Shown here: positions 9,715 through 18,529 of the stretch, piece by piece
How the letters are laid out: each line of letters starts with the position of its first letter
Numbering within the stretch: position 1 is the first letter of the stretch
Position numbers and translations under genes: made by a program
Virus record (IMG/VR): IMGVR_UViG_3300035698_007626
Location: 708-64,707 of that record
Source: a virus
Taxonomy: Duplodnaviria; Caudoviricetes
DNA: 64,000 nt
Reading direction: 5' to 3' (one strand)
The notes under the pieces: generated by a model
What the model was told of the DNA's origin: nothing
The model's input: only the letters and a program-made list of their open reading frames with translations
The model's database searches: none

Positions 9715-11168
9715 TAGGCACCCTCCGCCAAAGCAAAGCGGCCTTGCGAGTCCTCATATTCCTTTTCTTCCTTCACGCCCACAAGCATGTCCAAGATCCA
9801 GTCTGCCGCATCCGCGGGCCGACTGCGCACTAGGTCCACAATCTCTTTGTCCGTTGCATTGAGAAAGTCCAAGGTGGAGATGGGTTCGCGCGTCTCCTCG
9901 GCCTTATCCCCCTCCACTACGAGGCGCTCATACTCGGCGGCGTCAGGATCTTCCTGCGTACCGTCATCCACCTCATCATCGGTCACCGCGTCAGCAGCAA
10001 CAGCAGTCCCACTATCAGGCTCCCCCACATGAGCCACCACGAGGCTCCGTCGGAAGTCTGGGGCGAGGTTGTATTGCTGCGCGGCTTCCAGGGTCTTGCC
10101 GGGCGCGTCAATGTTATAGTGGTGCTCGATGTAGATTGCTTTACCGTTGTCGGAGAGTTCCCGAAAGGAGCGCCGCACTCCAGTGGCGCCGATAACGTCC
10201 TCAGTAAGCAGGCCCGACGGGTTGTCCTTGGTGGCGACGGCCTCACCCACAGTGCCCCTTACGAGTTCCGGCTTGGCCGCCTTGGCAGCGGGGGTGGTGG
10301 GGCTAAAGGGAGCGAGGTTGCGGGGCAGTTTATAGGAATGAGCAGGCCGGAGGAGCGCGTCCAAGAACGTCCAACGATGAAATGACGCCATGTCGGGTGG
10401 CAGCTTGCTGTTCCCCCCTCCGAAGAACTTGGTTTCATTGAACAGGGTAAGCCCCCTCAATGGGGCAAAGGTCGTAGTCACCACGTTATTACTCTTGTTC
10501 GCAGGCTTCCCCTTAGCAGCCGCCGGCGTCCGGCTATAATAGGACGAGTTGGCGCCGTGGGAGTTGTGCGCGCCATGAGCGTGGTGTACCACGGGCGGAC
10601 GAAAGCTGCTATTCGAGAACCAGACACCATCCTTTTCCCCGGCCCCCGCCTTGTCCTTGTTGAAGGTGTGGAACTGCTGGGTTTCGCCGTCCGCAATAAC
10701 GAGGCGCGACTGGCCGATGATGGACTCCACCCACTTAGTGAAGCTGGGGTCACTCAGCAAATCCGGGTTGGCCTTCAGGATGGGACGCAGCACGCCGCTG
10801 GCCAAGTGGAAAGTATCATTCCGGTGATTATCTCCCTTATCGGGCAGCGTCCACACCGTGCCGTTGTGCATGAGGTACATGTCCCGACCATCTTCCTTGT
10901 AGGTCAGGATGGGCTGTGGGTGGACGTTGCTCTTGTCGATGTCTCCCACGGTCTTAAGGCGCAAATGTACTGCGACCTCCTTGCCCTCGTACCGGGCGAG
11001 CATTGCCTTTACATCTTCCCACTTTTCCGGGAGCACTCGGTGGATGTGGATGCGCTTCTTCCCCACCGGCACCATGATGCCTGCGCCATGGCTGTTGGTC
11101 TTGAAGGAGCGGGCGAGCACCTCCCACGGGAAGTTCTTAGGTTCTTTGACGTGTGCAATAAGACACAT
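9714..11168 (-). CDS. Class II (Ntn) glutamine amidotransferase with long C-terminal extension
   Basis: N-terminal Met-Cys, NSHGAG, VHLRLKTVG, NVHP, LMHNG, NDT, WFSN. Confidence 0.9.
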   Translation of the reverse strand: MCLIAHVKEPKNFPWEVLARSFKTNSHGAGIMVPVGKKRIHIHRVLPEKWEDVKAMLARYEGKEVAVHLRLKTVGDIDKSNVHPQPILTYKEDGRDMYLMHNGTVWTLPDKGDNHRNDTFHLASGVLRPILKANPDLLSDPSFTKWVESIIGQSRLVIADGETQQFHTFNKDKAGAGEKDGVWFSNSSFRPPVVHHAHGAHNSHGANSSYYSRTPAAAKGKPANKSNNVVTTTFAPLRGLTLFNETKFFGGGNSKLPPDMASFHRWTFLDALLRPAHSYKLPRNLAPFSPTTPAAKAAKPELVRGTVGEAVATKDNPSGLLTEDVIGATGVRRSFRELSDNGKAIYIEHHYNIDAPGKTLEAAQQYNLAPDFRRSLVVAHVGEPDSGTAVAADAVTDDEVDDGTQEDPDAAEYERLVVEGDKAEETREPISTLDFLNATDKEIVDLVRSRPADAADWILDMLVGVKEEKEYEDSQGRFALAEGA

Positions 11169-11181
11169 AATAGTAGTTTCC

Positions 11182-12036
11182 TTACGTGTTGTCGGGGTCG
11201 TCGAGGTTGATGGTGCTGGAGGGGCGGCCCACCGCGTAATGATTCTTAATCAGCCACGCCCTCAGATACTTGAACCGCTTGGAGTTGGAGCCCTTGGTGG
11301 CGTACTCACAGAAGTCGTGCCATGCGAGCCTCTTGAAGCTGGCGTACCGAGTAAATTCGCACAACGCCTGCACGAACTGGATGTACCGGTAGATGCCGGA
11401 GCGCGACACATTACCACGGAACAGCCGAAACTCAATCGTGCCGTCCTTGCTGAAGTTGAGGGCGCCCCGTCCGCCGAAGTTGCCTTGCGTGAACGACACC
11501 AAGGTGACGCCCGGCACATACGGGGCCCACCTGTTGTTGCGTCCGCTGAACTTGACGAGATGCTCAAGGTTGTCGCTGGCGTTGATGAAGTGCGCCAGCT
11601 TGGCGGCGTGGGCGGCGGTGAAGTAGTTGCTGCTGACGTGGATGTGGACGCCGGCGCGCTCGGTGCCCCATGCCCAGAGCAGTTTGGCGGGGCCGTTGTT
11701 CTCGGCAAAGAACTTTTCCCAGACGCCACCCATGTGGTAGTCGAAGGTGGCCGGGGTCGTCACGATTTCCATGCCGTCGTCGAGCGTCCCATCGTTGATA
11801 ATCACCACAAACCCATTCAGGGCCTCATACACCTTCTTCACTGCCGCTTCCATGCTGACGCCCTTCTTTCGCACAGCGGCCTTCAGTTCTGCCTCAATCT
11901 CAATACCTAGGTACAGTCGCGGGGTCTTGGGGTGGGCTTTAATCTGGGCCTGCTCATACTTGGAGGCCTTGAAGCCGAAGTATTCCGAGGGCTTCGAGCC
12001 GCGCATAACCTTGCGGTCAAAGTGTAGCTTAGACAT
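11182..12036 (-). CDS. Putative amidoligase (COOH-NH2 ligase, glutamine synthetase-like fold)
   Basis: LGIEIE, DGTL..GMEIVT.P, GVHIHVS, ALN, TIEFRLFRG. Confidence 0.9.
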   Translation of the reverse strand: MSKLHFDRKVMRGSKPSEYFGFKASKYEQAQIKAHPKTPRLYLGIEIEAELKAAVRKKGVSMEAAVKKVYEALNGFVVIINDGTLDDGMEIVTTPATFDYHMGGVWEKFFAENNGPAKLLWAWGTERAGVHIHVSSNYFTAAHAAKLAHFINASDNLEHLVKFSGRNNRWAPYVPGVTLVSFTQGNFGGRGALNFSKDGTIEFRLFRGNVSRSGIYRYIQFVQALCEFTRYASFKRLAWHDFCEYATKGSNSKRFKYLRAWLIKNHYAVGRPSSTINLDDPDNT

Positions 12037-12559
12037 GGGAGGGGTTCCACTTGATGTAAGAGAAAGTGCCGCTTAGCGTGTGCACAAAAGCCCGGCTTGT
12101 CTTGGACCACTTGTCTTGCTTGTGGTCTAGGAGGGCGCTGGGGTCCTCGTCCCACACGTAGGTGATCGCATTGATAGTTTCAGCCTTGAGCCCCTTGGTG
12201 GTGCGCACGGTGGCGCCCACCGGGATGAAGCACGATTCTAGCAGGTGCTGTGTGACTCTGGTATACACCCCGAAAGGCAGATACCTCAGCTCCCCCCTCA
12301 CAAAGCGGCGCCCCTGCCCGGCTCCGGCGGGGTGCATCACAGGGAAGGCGTAGGGGCTGCCCATAGGCTCAATCTCGGTAAGAGTGAAGGACGTGGTGGT
12401 GGTCTGCATTTCGTCCACCTTGCTAATCATGCCCAGATCGAACGCCTTACACAGCAGACCGCCGTGCTTAAGGTGACCATAGGCAAACACCGGCACATAG
12501 TCGCCGATTACCCGGTCACCATTGACATCGTTGAAGTGTTCCTCAGGCAGTTTCGTCAC
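12029..12559 (-). CDS. Gamma-glutamylcyclotransferase-like protein (divergent copy)
   Basis: VFAYGHLKHG, FPVM, VRGEL, AITY; probable GTG start at 12559 after AAGGAG. Confidence 0.7.
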   Translation of the reverse strand: MTKLPEEHFNDVNGDRVIGDYVPVFAYGHLKHGGLLCKAFDLGMISKVDEMQTTTTSFTLTEIEPMGSPYAFPVMHPAGAGQGRRFVRGELRYLPFGVYTRVTQHLLESCFIPVGATVRTTKGLKAETINAITYVWDEDPSALLDHKQDKWSKTSRAFVHTLSGTFSYIKWNPSHV

Positions 12560-12579
12560 AAACTTTCTCCTTAAGTGAG

Positions 12580-12910
12580 GGGGGGGTTTGAGTAATGTGG
12601 TCGCATGAAAGTGGAGCACCGGCGCGCCTTTGGATATCTAACAACTCGCTCGGCGCCCACCTAAGCAGGCTAGAGTTCTAAAGTTGTCGTGAACAGGCGT
12701 CCCTGTCGGAACGATCCCGCCCTCCACTTCCATTCCACCACACGTGGCGAACATCACCTAGGTATAAGATTGCGTACTGTGCAAGACTGTAAACTAACTA
12801 CAGTCCGCCAAGCATTGCTACTATTTATAATAAGGCTGTTGTCTCTCCAACAGGTCACGCCGTCGTTTTGCCGCAGGCCGGCGTCCGCCCGCTCCCCATG
12901 GGGGAAACTC
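12580..12910 (-). ncRNA. Candidate structured intergenic RNA upstream of the amidoligase operon
   Basis: ~330 nt without a credible ORF; long-range stem 12595-12616/12722-12743 and several hairpins with G-U pairs on the minus strand. Confidence 0.5.
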
Positions 12911-12911
12911 T

Positions 12912-13130
12912 CTAATTATTTTTGATCGTAAACGTCTGTGACCAGAGGGGACCATTAAAGTGTGTCTTGCGCACCTTTTTAGGCTTTCCATCGCCATCCG
13001 GTGCAGGGGTAAGTTGCTGTAGCTGGGAGTGTAGAGTATTCCAAAAAGTTTCATTCTCTGGCAACGTATTCGGACGCAAACTGCCGCGTATCCACTTAAT
13101 GAAGTCAGTTCTACTATACGCCGCGGTCAT
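12912..13130 (-). CDS. Hypothetical protein
   Basis: 72-aa ORF in operon orientation. Confidence 0.4.
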   Translation of the reverse strand: MTAAYSRTDFIKWIRGSLRPNTLPENETFWNTLHSQLQQLTPAPDGDGKPKKVRKTHFNGPLWSQTFTIKNN

Positions 13131-13172
13131 CGCAGCATCTTGTGCTCGTACAAATCCCAGCCGGAAAGTTTT

Positions 13173-13601
13173 TCAGACATGATAGTTCCTCTCAGAGGTT
13201 AAAAGTTTTATGTTCAATACCCACTCTTGGATGTTGTCGCGCGTCGTTACGTGCTCCGCCCAACGGCTGGGGGGCCTCTCGTTGTAGTACATTGCGGCGC
13301 TATGTTCCACGCCATCGACCACAACCGCCACATCCATCAAGTTGTAGTGGTTAGGATACCCCTCTATATAATCGAGATCCTGCTTAGTATCTCGGTCTAC
13401 CTTGTAAAGCTCGCCCCTGATCTGGAATGTCCCCGACGCATGGACATATGGGAAAGTGTGGGGGCTGGTCATGGTGAAGGAGGCGTCTCTTGTCACGCCC
13501 TCTCCCATAAACTCGGCCCCGCCCCGCTCCAAGATTGCGTTGTTGCTGCCGGCGCGCTTCAGGGTGCCATACACAAACACCAAATACATATCGTCAGACA
13601 C
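13173..13601 (-). CDS. Gamma-glutamylcyclotransferase (AIG2-like)
   Basis: VFVYGTLKR, FPYV, IRGELYKV, LDYIEGYP.HY. Confidence 0.9.
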   Translation of the reverse strand: MSDDMYLVFVYGTLKRAGSNNAILERGGAEFMGEGVTRDASFTMTSPHTFPYVHASGTFQIRGELYKVDRDTKQDLDYIEGYPNHYNLMDVAVVVDGVEHSAAMYYNERPPSRWAEHVTTRDNIQEWVLNIKLLTSERNYHV

Positions 13602-14032
13602 TAATTAGATCCTTCTTTACAGCGCGCCGCCTTAAGCCCTAGGCCGCACAGGATTTCAACCAGGCGCGCAGAACTCACATCATCGACCTCAAGGCCGGAG
13701 TCCCAGTTGAAAACGCCGCCGGTCCAGTATCGTTGTAGGTGGCCGCGCTCATGGCTATGCACCTTCCAGCTAAAGTCATCCAGCAGCGGCATCGGGGGCG
13801 GCGTAACAATCACGCCATCCACACGCACTTCAATGCCGTCAGGAAATACGAGGGCGAAGCCGGCCAAGCTCTTGTCGTTACCAAAAATCTGGCGGCCTGC
13901 GTCCATGATGTCGTTAGGGAGCGCGTTAATCACGAGGTAGATGCCCTCTCCCCCCTTGTCGGGGAAAGTCGGCACAGTGCACCCGGAGAGCGCCGCGGCT
14001 GTAATCAACAGGAACACTGTGCGCATCATCAT
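13601..14032 (-). CDS. Lipoprotein with HExxH motif (possible zinc peptidase)
   Basis: Signal peptide with lipobox LSGC; HERGH motif. Confidence 0.6.
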   Translation of the reverse strand: MMMRTVFLLITAAALSGCTVPTFPDKGGEGIYLVINALPNDIMDAGRQIFGNDKSLAGFALVFPDGIEVRVDGVIVTPPPMPLLDDFSWKVHSHERGHLQRYWTGGVFNWDSGLEVDDVSSARLVEILCGLGLKAARCKEGSN

Positions 14033-14069
14033 TACTCCTCATTCCTTACTTTGACGGTTCCTGTGACGG

Positions 14070-14303
14070 TCATGCGGGACCTCCTATTGGATGGCAAGCC
14101 ATCGCGCCGAGGGTCATGATCTCCCCGTTGTCGAGGAAGATGGGCTTATGGTGCACCCGGTAGATGTCTCGCTGGGCGTTGACGCAAGCCTCGCGGCCAA
14201 TCCAAGGGCCAACTTGCATCTTAACTTCAAAGAATTTCCCGTCAGAGGCGCCTTTGTCGTACGACAGGATCATCAAGGTGTAGGCGAGTACGAAGAGCTT
14301 CAT
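14070..14303 (-). CDS. Hypothetical exported small protein
   Basis: MKLFVLAYTLMIL hydrophobic N-terminus; GGAG RBS. Confidence 0.5.
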   Translation of the reverse strand: MKLFVLAYTLMILSYDKGASDGKFFEVKMQVGPWIGREACVNAQRDIYRVHHKPIFLDNGEIMTLGAMACHPIGGPA

Positions 14304-14589
14304 CGTAAGTTCTCCAAAGTAAGGCCCAAAGGGTAATCCCGAGCGCAAGCACACAGAGCAGCAGCAAGCCTACCGAAACCAATACTATAGCCGCCACAAG
14401 CCTAAGTTTTGCAGTTGCCGCAAGAGTAGGTGGCGGCAAGGTACATTTTAAGGGCTTTTTTAGTGTAAAAAATGCGATTAGCACTCACGTAATCCTCACC
14501 TTCAGTGTCTTTTGAGATTACAGGCAAAATTGCAATAGGTGTGGCAGCGAAATCTTCATGTATGTCACATACAGCCATATCTTCAATCC

Positions 14590-14840
14590 TTTTAGTTGAG
14601 GGGAACACTCTGAAACACCTCGCAAGGTGCTTGAGAGTAGGGGCGAGTGGGCAAAAAGCAAAATGCAAAGTGCAAGATACAATCTGCAAAGATGCTCTAC
14701 TACCGGCAAATAACAACGTACAAACCGCTACATTAATGCTGGGTAGATCGAGCTTTTACCTATTTGCCAACGGACATATGCCCGTGAAATACACGCAGGA
14801 ACCGGAGTCCCTACTTCCCACTCGCCCAAGAAGCTACCAG
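14590..14840 (-). ncRNA. Candidate structured intergenic RNA containing a heptamer repeat array
   Basis: Perfect 11-bp closing stem 14641-14651/14817-14827, inner stems, six GCAANNN-like units at 14651-14692. Confidence 0.45.
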
Positions 14841-14842
14841 AA

Positions 14843-15505
14843 TTAAACGATACCGTTCTCTTCCAACAGCTCCCAGTCTGCCGGGCGGATAGCCACACGC
14901 AGTTGCGTGTTAGCCTTTAACAACTCTTCTGAGATGTTGTCCACGCGGCGAGAAAGTTCCGTACAGCGGCGTTTAGCCTCAGCCTCCAGTATCGGGGAGA
15001 TGGCCGAGTACTGTCCACTCTCCCATTTAGGTTCTGCCACCACGCCGGGGTTATTTTTGTGGTCGTCCCTGCGGCGCCAGTATGCATTCACCTTTGCTTC
15101 CATAACTTGCCGGTCGCCGACACCGGGGGGCCTGCCTTCTGCCACCCTATTCAGCAGCTTGATTAAGCGTTCTGCCGTGACTTTAGCCGTCAACAGGCCA
15201 TTGATCGAGGTTTCGGGAGTTCCTTCGTTGTTCTTTGCCGCGATAGCCATACGTAGGCGGTGCCGGACACTCAACAACGCAGTCAGCTTCAACACCAGCT
15301 TGGCGATTTCGGCGCAACGCTGGGCGTGCAGTTCCTTGGCCTCCTCTAACGAAACGGGAACATCCAACGTCAATAGGGCGCCGGCACCGAAGCCAATTAG
15401 TTCCACACCATTCTTGTGGTATTTAACGTATTCTTCGATGCGCGTATTGATGAGGTGGGCACGCCGCAAGGTGGCGTACTGCAAAGCGCTCTTAGTTTCA
15501 GTCAT
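14843..15505 (-). CDS. Hypothetical coiled-coil protein
   Basis: 220-aa ORF, AAGGAG RBS. Confidence 0.6.
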   Translation of the reverse strand: MTETKSALQYATLRRAHLINTRIEEYVKYHKNGVELIGFGAGALLTLDVPVSLEEAKELHAQRCAEIAKLVLKLTALLSVRHRLRMAIAAKNNEGTPETSINGLLTAKVTAERLIKLLNRVAEGRPPGVGDRQVMEAKVNAYWRRRDDHKNNPGVVAEPKWESGQYSAISPILEAEAKRRCTELSRRVDNISEELLKANTQLRVAIRPADWELLEENGIV

Positions 15506-15818
15506 CGGTGCTCTCCTTCTGAGGGTTTAACAAGGTGAGATTAGTTACATACAGGCAGCCACAACTACAGGCTGGTTGTGGGCGCGTGCCAGCACATTGA
15601 CCATCGTGGTCGCTGTCCCAAGTGTTTCCGCACTCACAACATTGGTAAACGTAAGTGGTTTTGTCGATGGGTGCTCTCCATGAGGCGCTTTAAGGTCTGA
15701 TGTTTTATGTCAAACCCTCGATTATATAGCTCGATAATATACAGCGCCTCATCGTGTTCAGGGTGGTGGCGTAGGATTTCATTCTCGAATCCATCCGTCA
15801 TCTTTTGAGAGCTTTTTA

Positions 15819-16625
15819 TCATGAGCGAAATGCCTCTGCTTCCTTGCGTGTGATGAAAAAGTGTATGCCGTGTGAGCATTCGTTCCAGCTATTTTCGTCC
15901 CACTTGTTCGCGCGGACTGTCTCGCCCACCTTGTATTCTGTGGTGGGGCCGTATTTGGTCGTGATACCAACGGCCTCACCGATAGTTTCCAGTACCTCAG
16001 CATATTCCGCCCGGCACTTTCGCCCTGTTGCGTTGGACCGTTTGGCGTCGGCTGGGATGCGAAGTTTGACCAGCACGCCGCCCGCCTTTTTCCATCCGAT
16101 TAAGTCTCCGTCAGGAAGGATTGACGTACGCGCTTGTGCGAGTGAGGCACCCCGGGCACCCCGAAGGTAGGCACCCCGAAGGTCAGCACCCCGAAGGCTG
16201 GCACCTGTAAGGTTAGCGTCCCAGAGGCCAGCACCCCGAAGGTAGGCACCCCGAAGGTCAGCGTCCCGAAGGTCAGCACCTGTAAGGTTGACACCCCGAA
16301 GGTAGGCACCTGTAAGGTTAGCGTCCCGAAGGTCAGCACTCCGAAGGTCGGCACCCTGAAGGTAGGCACCCCGAAGGTTGACACCCAGAAGGTAGGCAAC
16401 TGTAAGATTAGCGTCCCGAAGGCCGGCACCCCAGAGGCCGGCACCTGTAAGGTCGGCACCTGTAAGGTTAGCACCTGTAAGGTCGGCACCCCGAAGGTAG
16501 GCAGCGCGTACGGCCCGCCCTAGGATAACACTGCGGGAGGCTTCTTTGTATTTCGCGTCCACCTTGGCGATGTATAATGTCTCGTCGTTAATTGATTTGA
16601 TTGTAAACTTGAATGTCTCAGTCAT
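15819..16625 (-). CDS. Pentapeptide repeat protein with DUF5758-like C-terminal domain
   Basis: A(D/N/Y)L(R/T)G repeats; C-terminal GWKK...KCRAEYAEV...NECSHGIHFF. Confidence 0.9.
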   Translation of the reverse strand: MTETFKFTIKSINDETLYIAKVDAKYKEASRSVILGRAVRAAYLRGADLTGANLTGADLTGAGLWGAGLRDANLTVAYLLGVNLRGAYLQGADLRSADLRDANLTGAYLRGVNLTGADLRDADLRGAYLRGAGLWDANLTGASLRGADLRGAYLRGARGASLAQARTSILPDGDLIGWKKAGGVLVKLRIPADAKRSNATGRKCRAEYAEVLETIGEAVGITTKYGPTTEYKVGETVRANKWDENSWNECSHGIHFFITRKEAEAFRS

Positions 16626-16861
16626 CGTTTTTCTCCGTACGGTGGGTGGTAGGGGCTTGCGAAGTAAACCGGCTTGTCTACTTGCTTGGCGTACTCTAGG
16701 TCACGCTTGCAGGCCTCAGTAAGGAGAGGTCGTTCTCGTTGTCCGATCACGGGCGATAGGTAAAGGCGCGCAAAGTCAACAGCCTCATTGGCACTCTGCG
16801 CTACCACCAGTACGTTGGTGTTGCGGAATGTTACATTGAAAATTCGTAGGTCATCGTTCAT
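16622..16861 (-). CDS. Hypothetical protein
   Basis: 79-aa ORF, GAGGAG RBS. Confidence 0.55.
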   Translation of the reverse strand: MNDDLRIFNVTFRNTNVLVVAQSANEAVDFARLYLSPVIGQRERPLLTEACKRDLEYAKQVDKPVYFASPYHPPYGEKR

Positions 16862-16932
16862 GGTAGTCTCCTCTGGGCATAGGGGAGGGCAGCCCCCGCT
16901 TGAGACTGCCCTCTGGCCATGCCTAGTGGCCG

Positions 16933-17472
16933 TTAGGCGGAGGCCGCAGCAGGCTGCTGACCGTCACCATTCTCGGCATCGGTATCATCAGCACTGTCTG
17001 CGCTGTGGAAGTCCTCGGCGGAACCAATCACAGTCTCGCCCGCTTCAAGCACGGCGAGGAAGTATGTGAGGTCCTTGACGACCGTAGTGCGTGGGGAGTC
17101 GTCCTTGTAGGCAGGAGCGAACTCGCCATTGTCGCCAGCCTCATCCGGTGCGCTGCGGATGAAATCGGCCAGCTTGCGGGCATTGGTGGGGTGCAGGATG
17201 CGTGCCCACTGGGAAGCGTAGAGGGAGACAGGCCACCGCTGGAGGCCGTACACGTTGACGGTGCCCTTGCCAGTGTTGCCCTTCTCGTCGATCTTGGTGC
17301 GGCTCTTCACGGAGCAAGTGAAGTTGCTACCGTTGCCGCCAGAGGCAAGCTGCCCCTGAAGCTTCTGGATGACGCCATCCTTGGCCGTGTTCTCGGCGGC
17401 AAGCTGCGCCATCTGGTGTTGGAGAACACCCATCTGCTCTTCGAGGGTCAGCTTCTTTTCATCTTTCGCCAT
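16933..17472 (-). CDS. Conserved hypothetical protein (KG.V.VYGL.R.PV.LY..QW family)
   Basis: AAGGAG RBS before ATG at 17472; N-terminal coiled coil, conserved core, acidic tail. Confidence 0.7.
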   Translation of the reverse strand: MAKDEKKLTLEEQMGVLQHQMAQLAAENTAKDGVIQKLQGQLASGGNGSNFTCSVKSRTKIDEKGNTGKGTVNVYGLQRWPVSLYASQWARILHPTNARKLADFIRSAPDEAGDNGEFAPAYKDDSPRTTVVKDLTYFLAVLEAGETVIGSAEDFHSADSADDTDAENGDGQQPAAASA

Positions 17473-17565
17473 TTTGTGGCACTCCTTTGCCCGAAATAGG
17501 GCATCTTGGTCACTATGACCTAAAGAATACGCAAAGGGGAGAGCCGAGTTCACCTGACTCGATCT

Positions 17566-17598
<33 letters not shown>

Positions 17599-17749
17599 GT
17601 TCGCTTCACGTTCCGCTGTATATCTATAAGCGTGATTAACTATTCAGGGGGCTAAATCTTCATGACAACCTCTTATATGTTTACGCCTTAATAGGGCATC
17701 GACAGCCCGTGACAACGCACCCTATAGGATGCGATGCCAAAGGCTGGCG

Positions 17750-17944
17750 CTAGCGGCGCGGCAGCTTGTGGGTGGTCTTGATGAACTTGGCGGCAGCGCG
17801 ACCACTGAGGGTTACCTTGCCGGTATCCAGTATCTCGCGTGCTTCCTTATGGCTGGCGTCAGGAAATGCCTTGAGGACGCCGCTACGCAGGGCTTCGAAA
17901 TCCTTGCGGGGCATCTTGCGAGGAACGCTGAACCGTACATCCAT
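17750..17944 (-). CDS. Hypothetical basic protein
   Basis: 64-aa ORF, AGGAG RBS. Confidence 0.55.
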   Translation of the reverse strand: MDVRFSVPRKMPRKDFEALRSGVLKAFPDASHKEAREILDTGKVTLSGRAAAKFIKTTHKLPRR

Positions 17945-18149
17945 GGCGAGTCTCCTAGACTATTAGGTTGAGTAGCATGACGACAGCAACTGTGATGCCG
18001 AGCCAGAATTGGCTCACCACAGGCCGTTACTCACGCTGGGATTGGGAAGGCGCTGGGGCTTGTCCCGCTTGGACATCTTCTGCCCAGCTACCAGATCGCT
18101 GCCACCGCGCACCCACGCTCGGTACACTCGGTGGGTCATAGGGCGGCTC

Positions 18150-18443
18150 TTAGGGCGCCAAGGCTTCGCAGGCGGCGTTGACTGTCGGGGCATAGGTCAG
18201 GGACTCCAGCGAGCGGTTGAGGGTGTGCAAGGGGACACCGTGGCCGGTGGCCTTGGCAGCAAGCAGGCCGCCGTAGAGACCGCGGGCCATACGCGACCCT
18301 CCATGAGTAGCAGGGTTGGCCTTGTGTGCCCCGATGGCAATAGCTGCCCAGCGAGGGTTGCGCCCATTGAGGCGAAAGGGGGAGTTCTTGGCTTTCTCTG
18401 CTCCCCTCGCGCCGCGCTGGCTCTTGTTATTTCCATCAGCCAC
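18150..18443 (-). CDS. Hypothetical protein
   Basis: 97-aa ORF, GAGGAG RBS before GTG. Confidence 0.5.
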   Translation of the reverse strand: MADGNNKSQRGARGAEKAKNSPFRLNGRNPRWAAIAIGAHKANPATHGGSRMARGLYGGLLAAKATGHGVPLHTLNRSLESLTYAPTVNAACEALAP

Positions 18444-18529
18444 AGACTTTCTCCTCTAGTGGAGTTATAAGGACATACTTGATGAAGGCCGCTAGGCGTT
18501 CTTTGCCAGTCATGAGATGCTCCTTGGTT

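Noticed and set aside
10909-11910. Long plus-strand ORFs antisense to the amidoligase/GATase (and similar at 29434-30327, 43066-43950)
   Set aside because: Shadow ORFs from GC-rich codon bias opposite well-supported genes; no RBS or motifs.
16147-16500. Regular 15/30-nt repeats resembling a CRISPR or DGR-like array
   Set aside because: No unique spacers; they encode the pentapeptide repeats of ORF 15819-16625. The same applies to 63500-63910.
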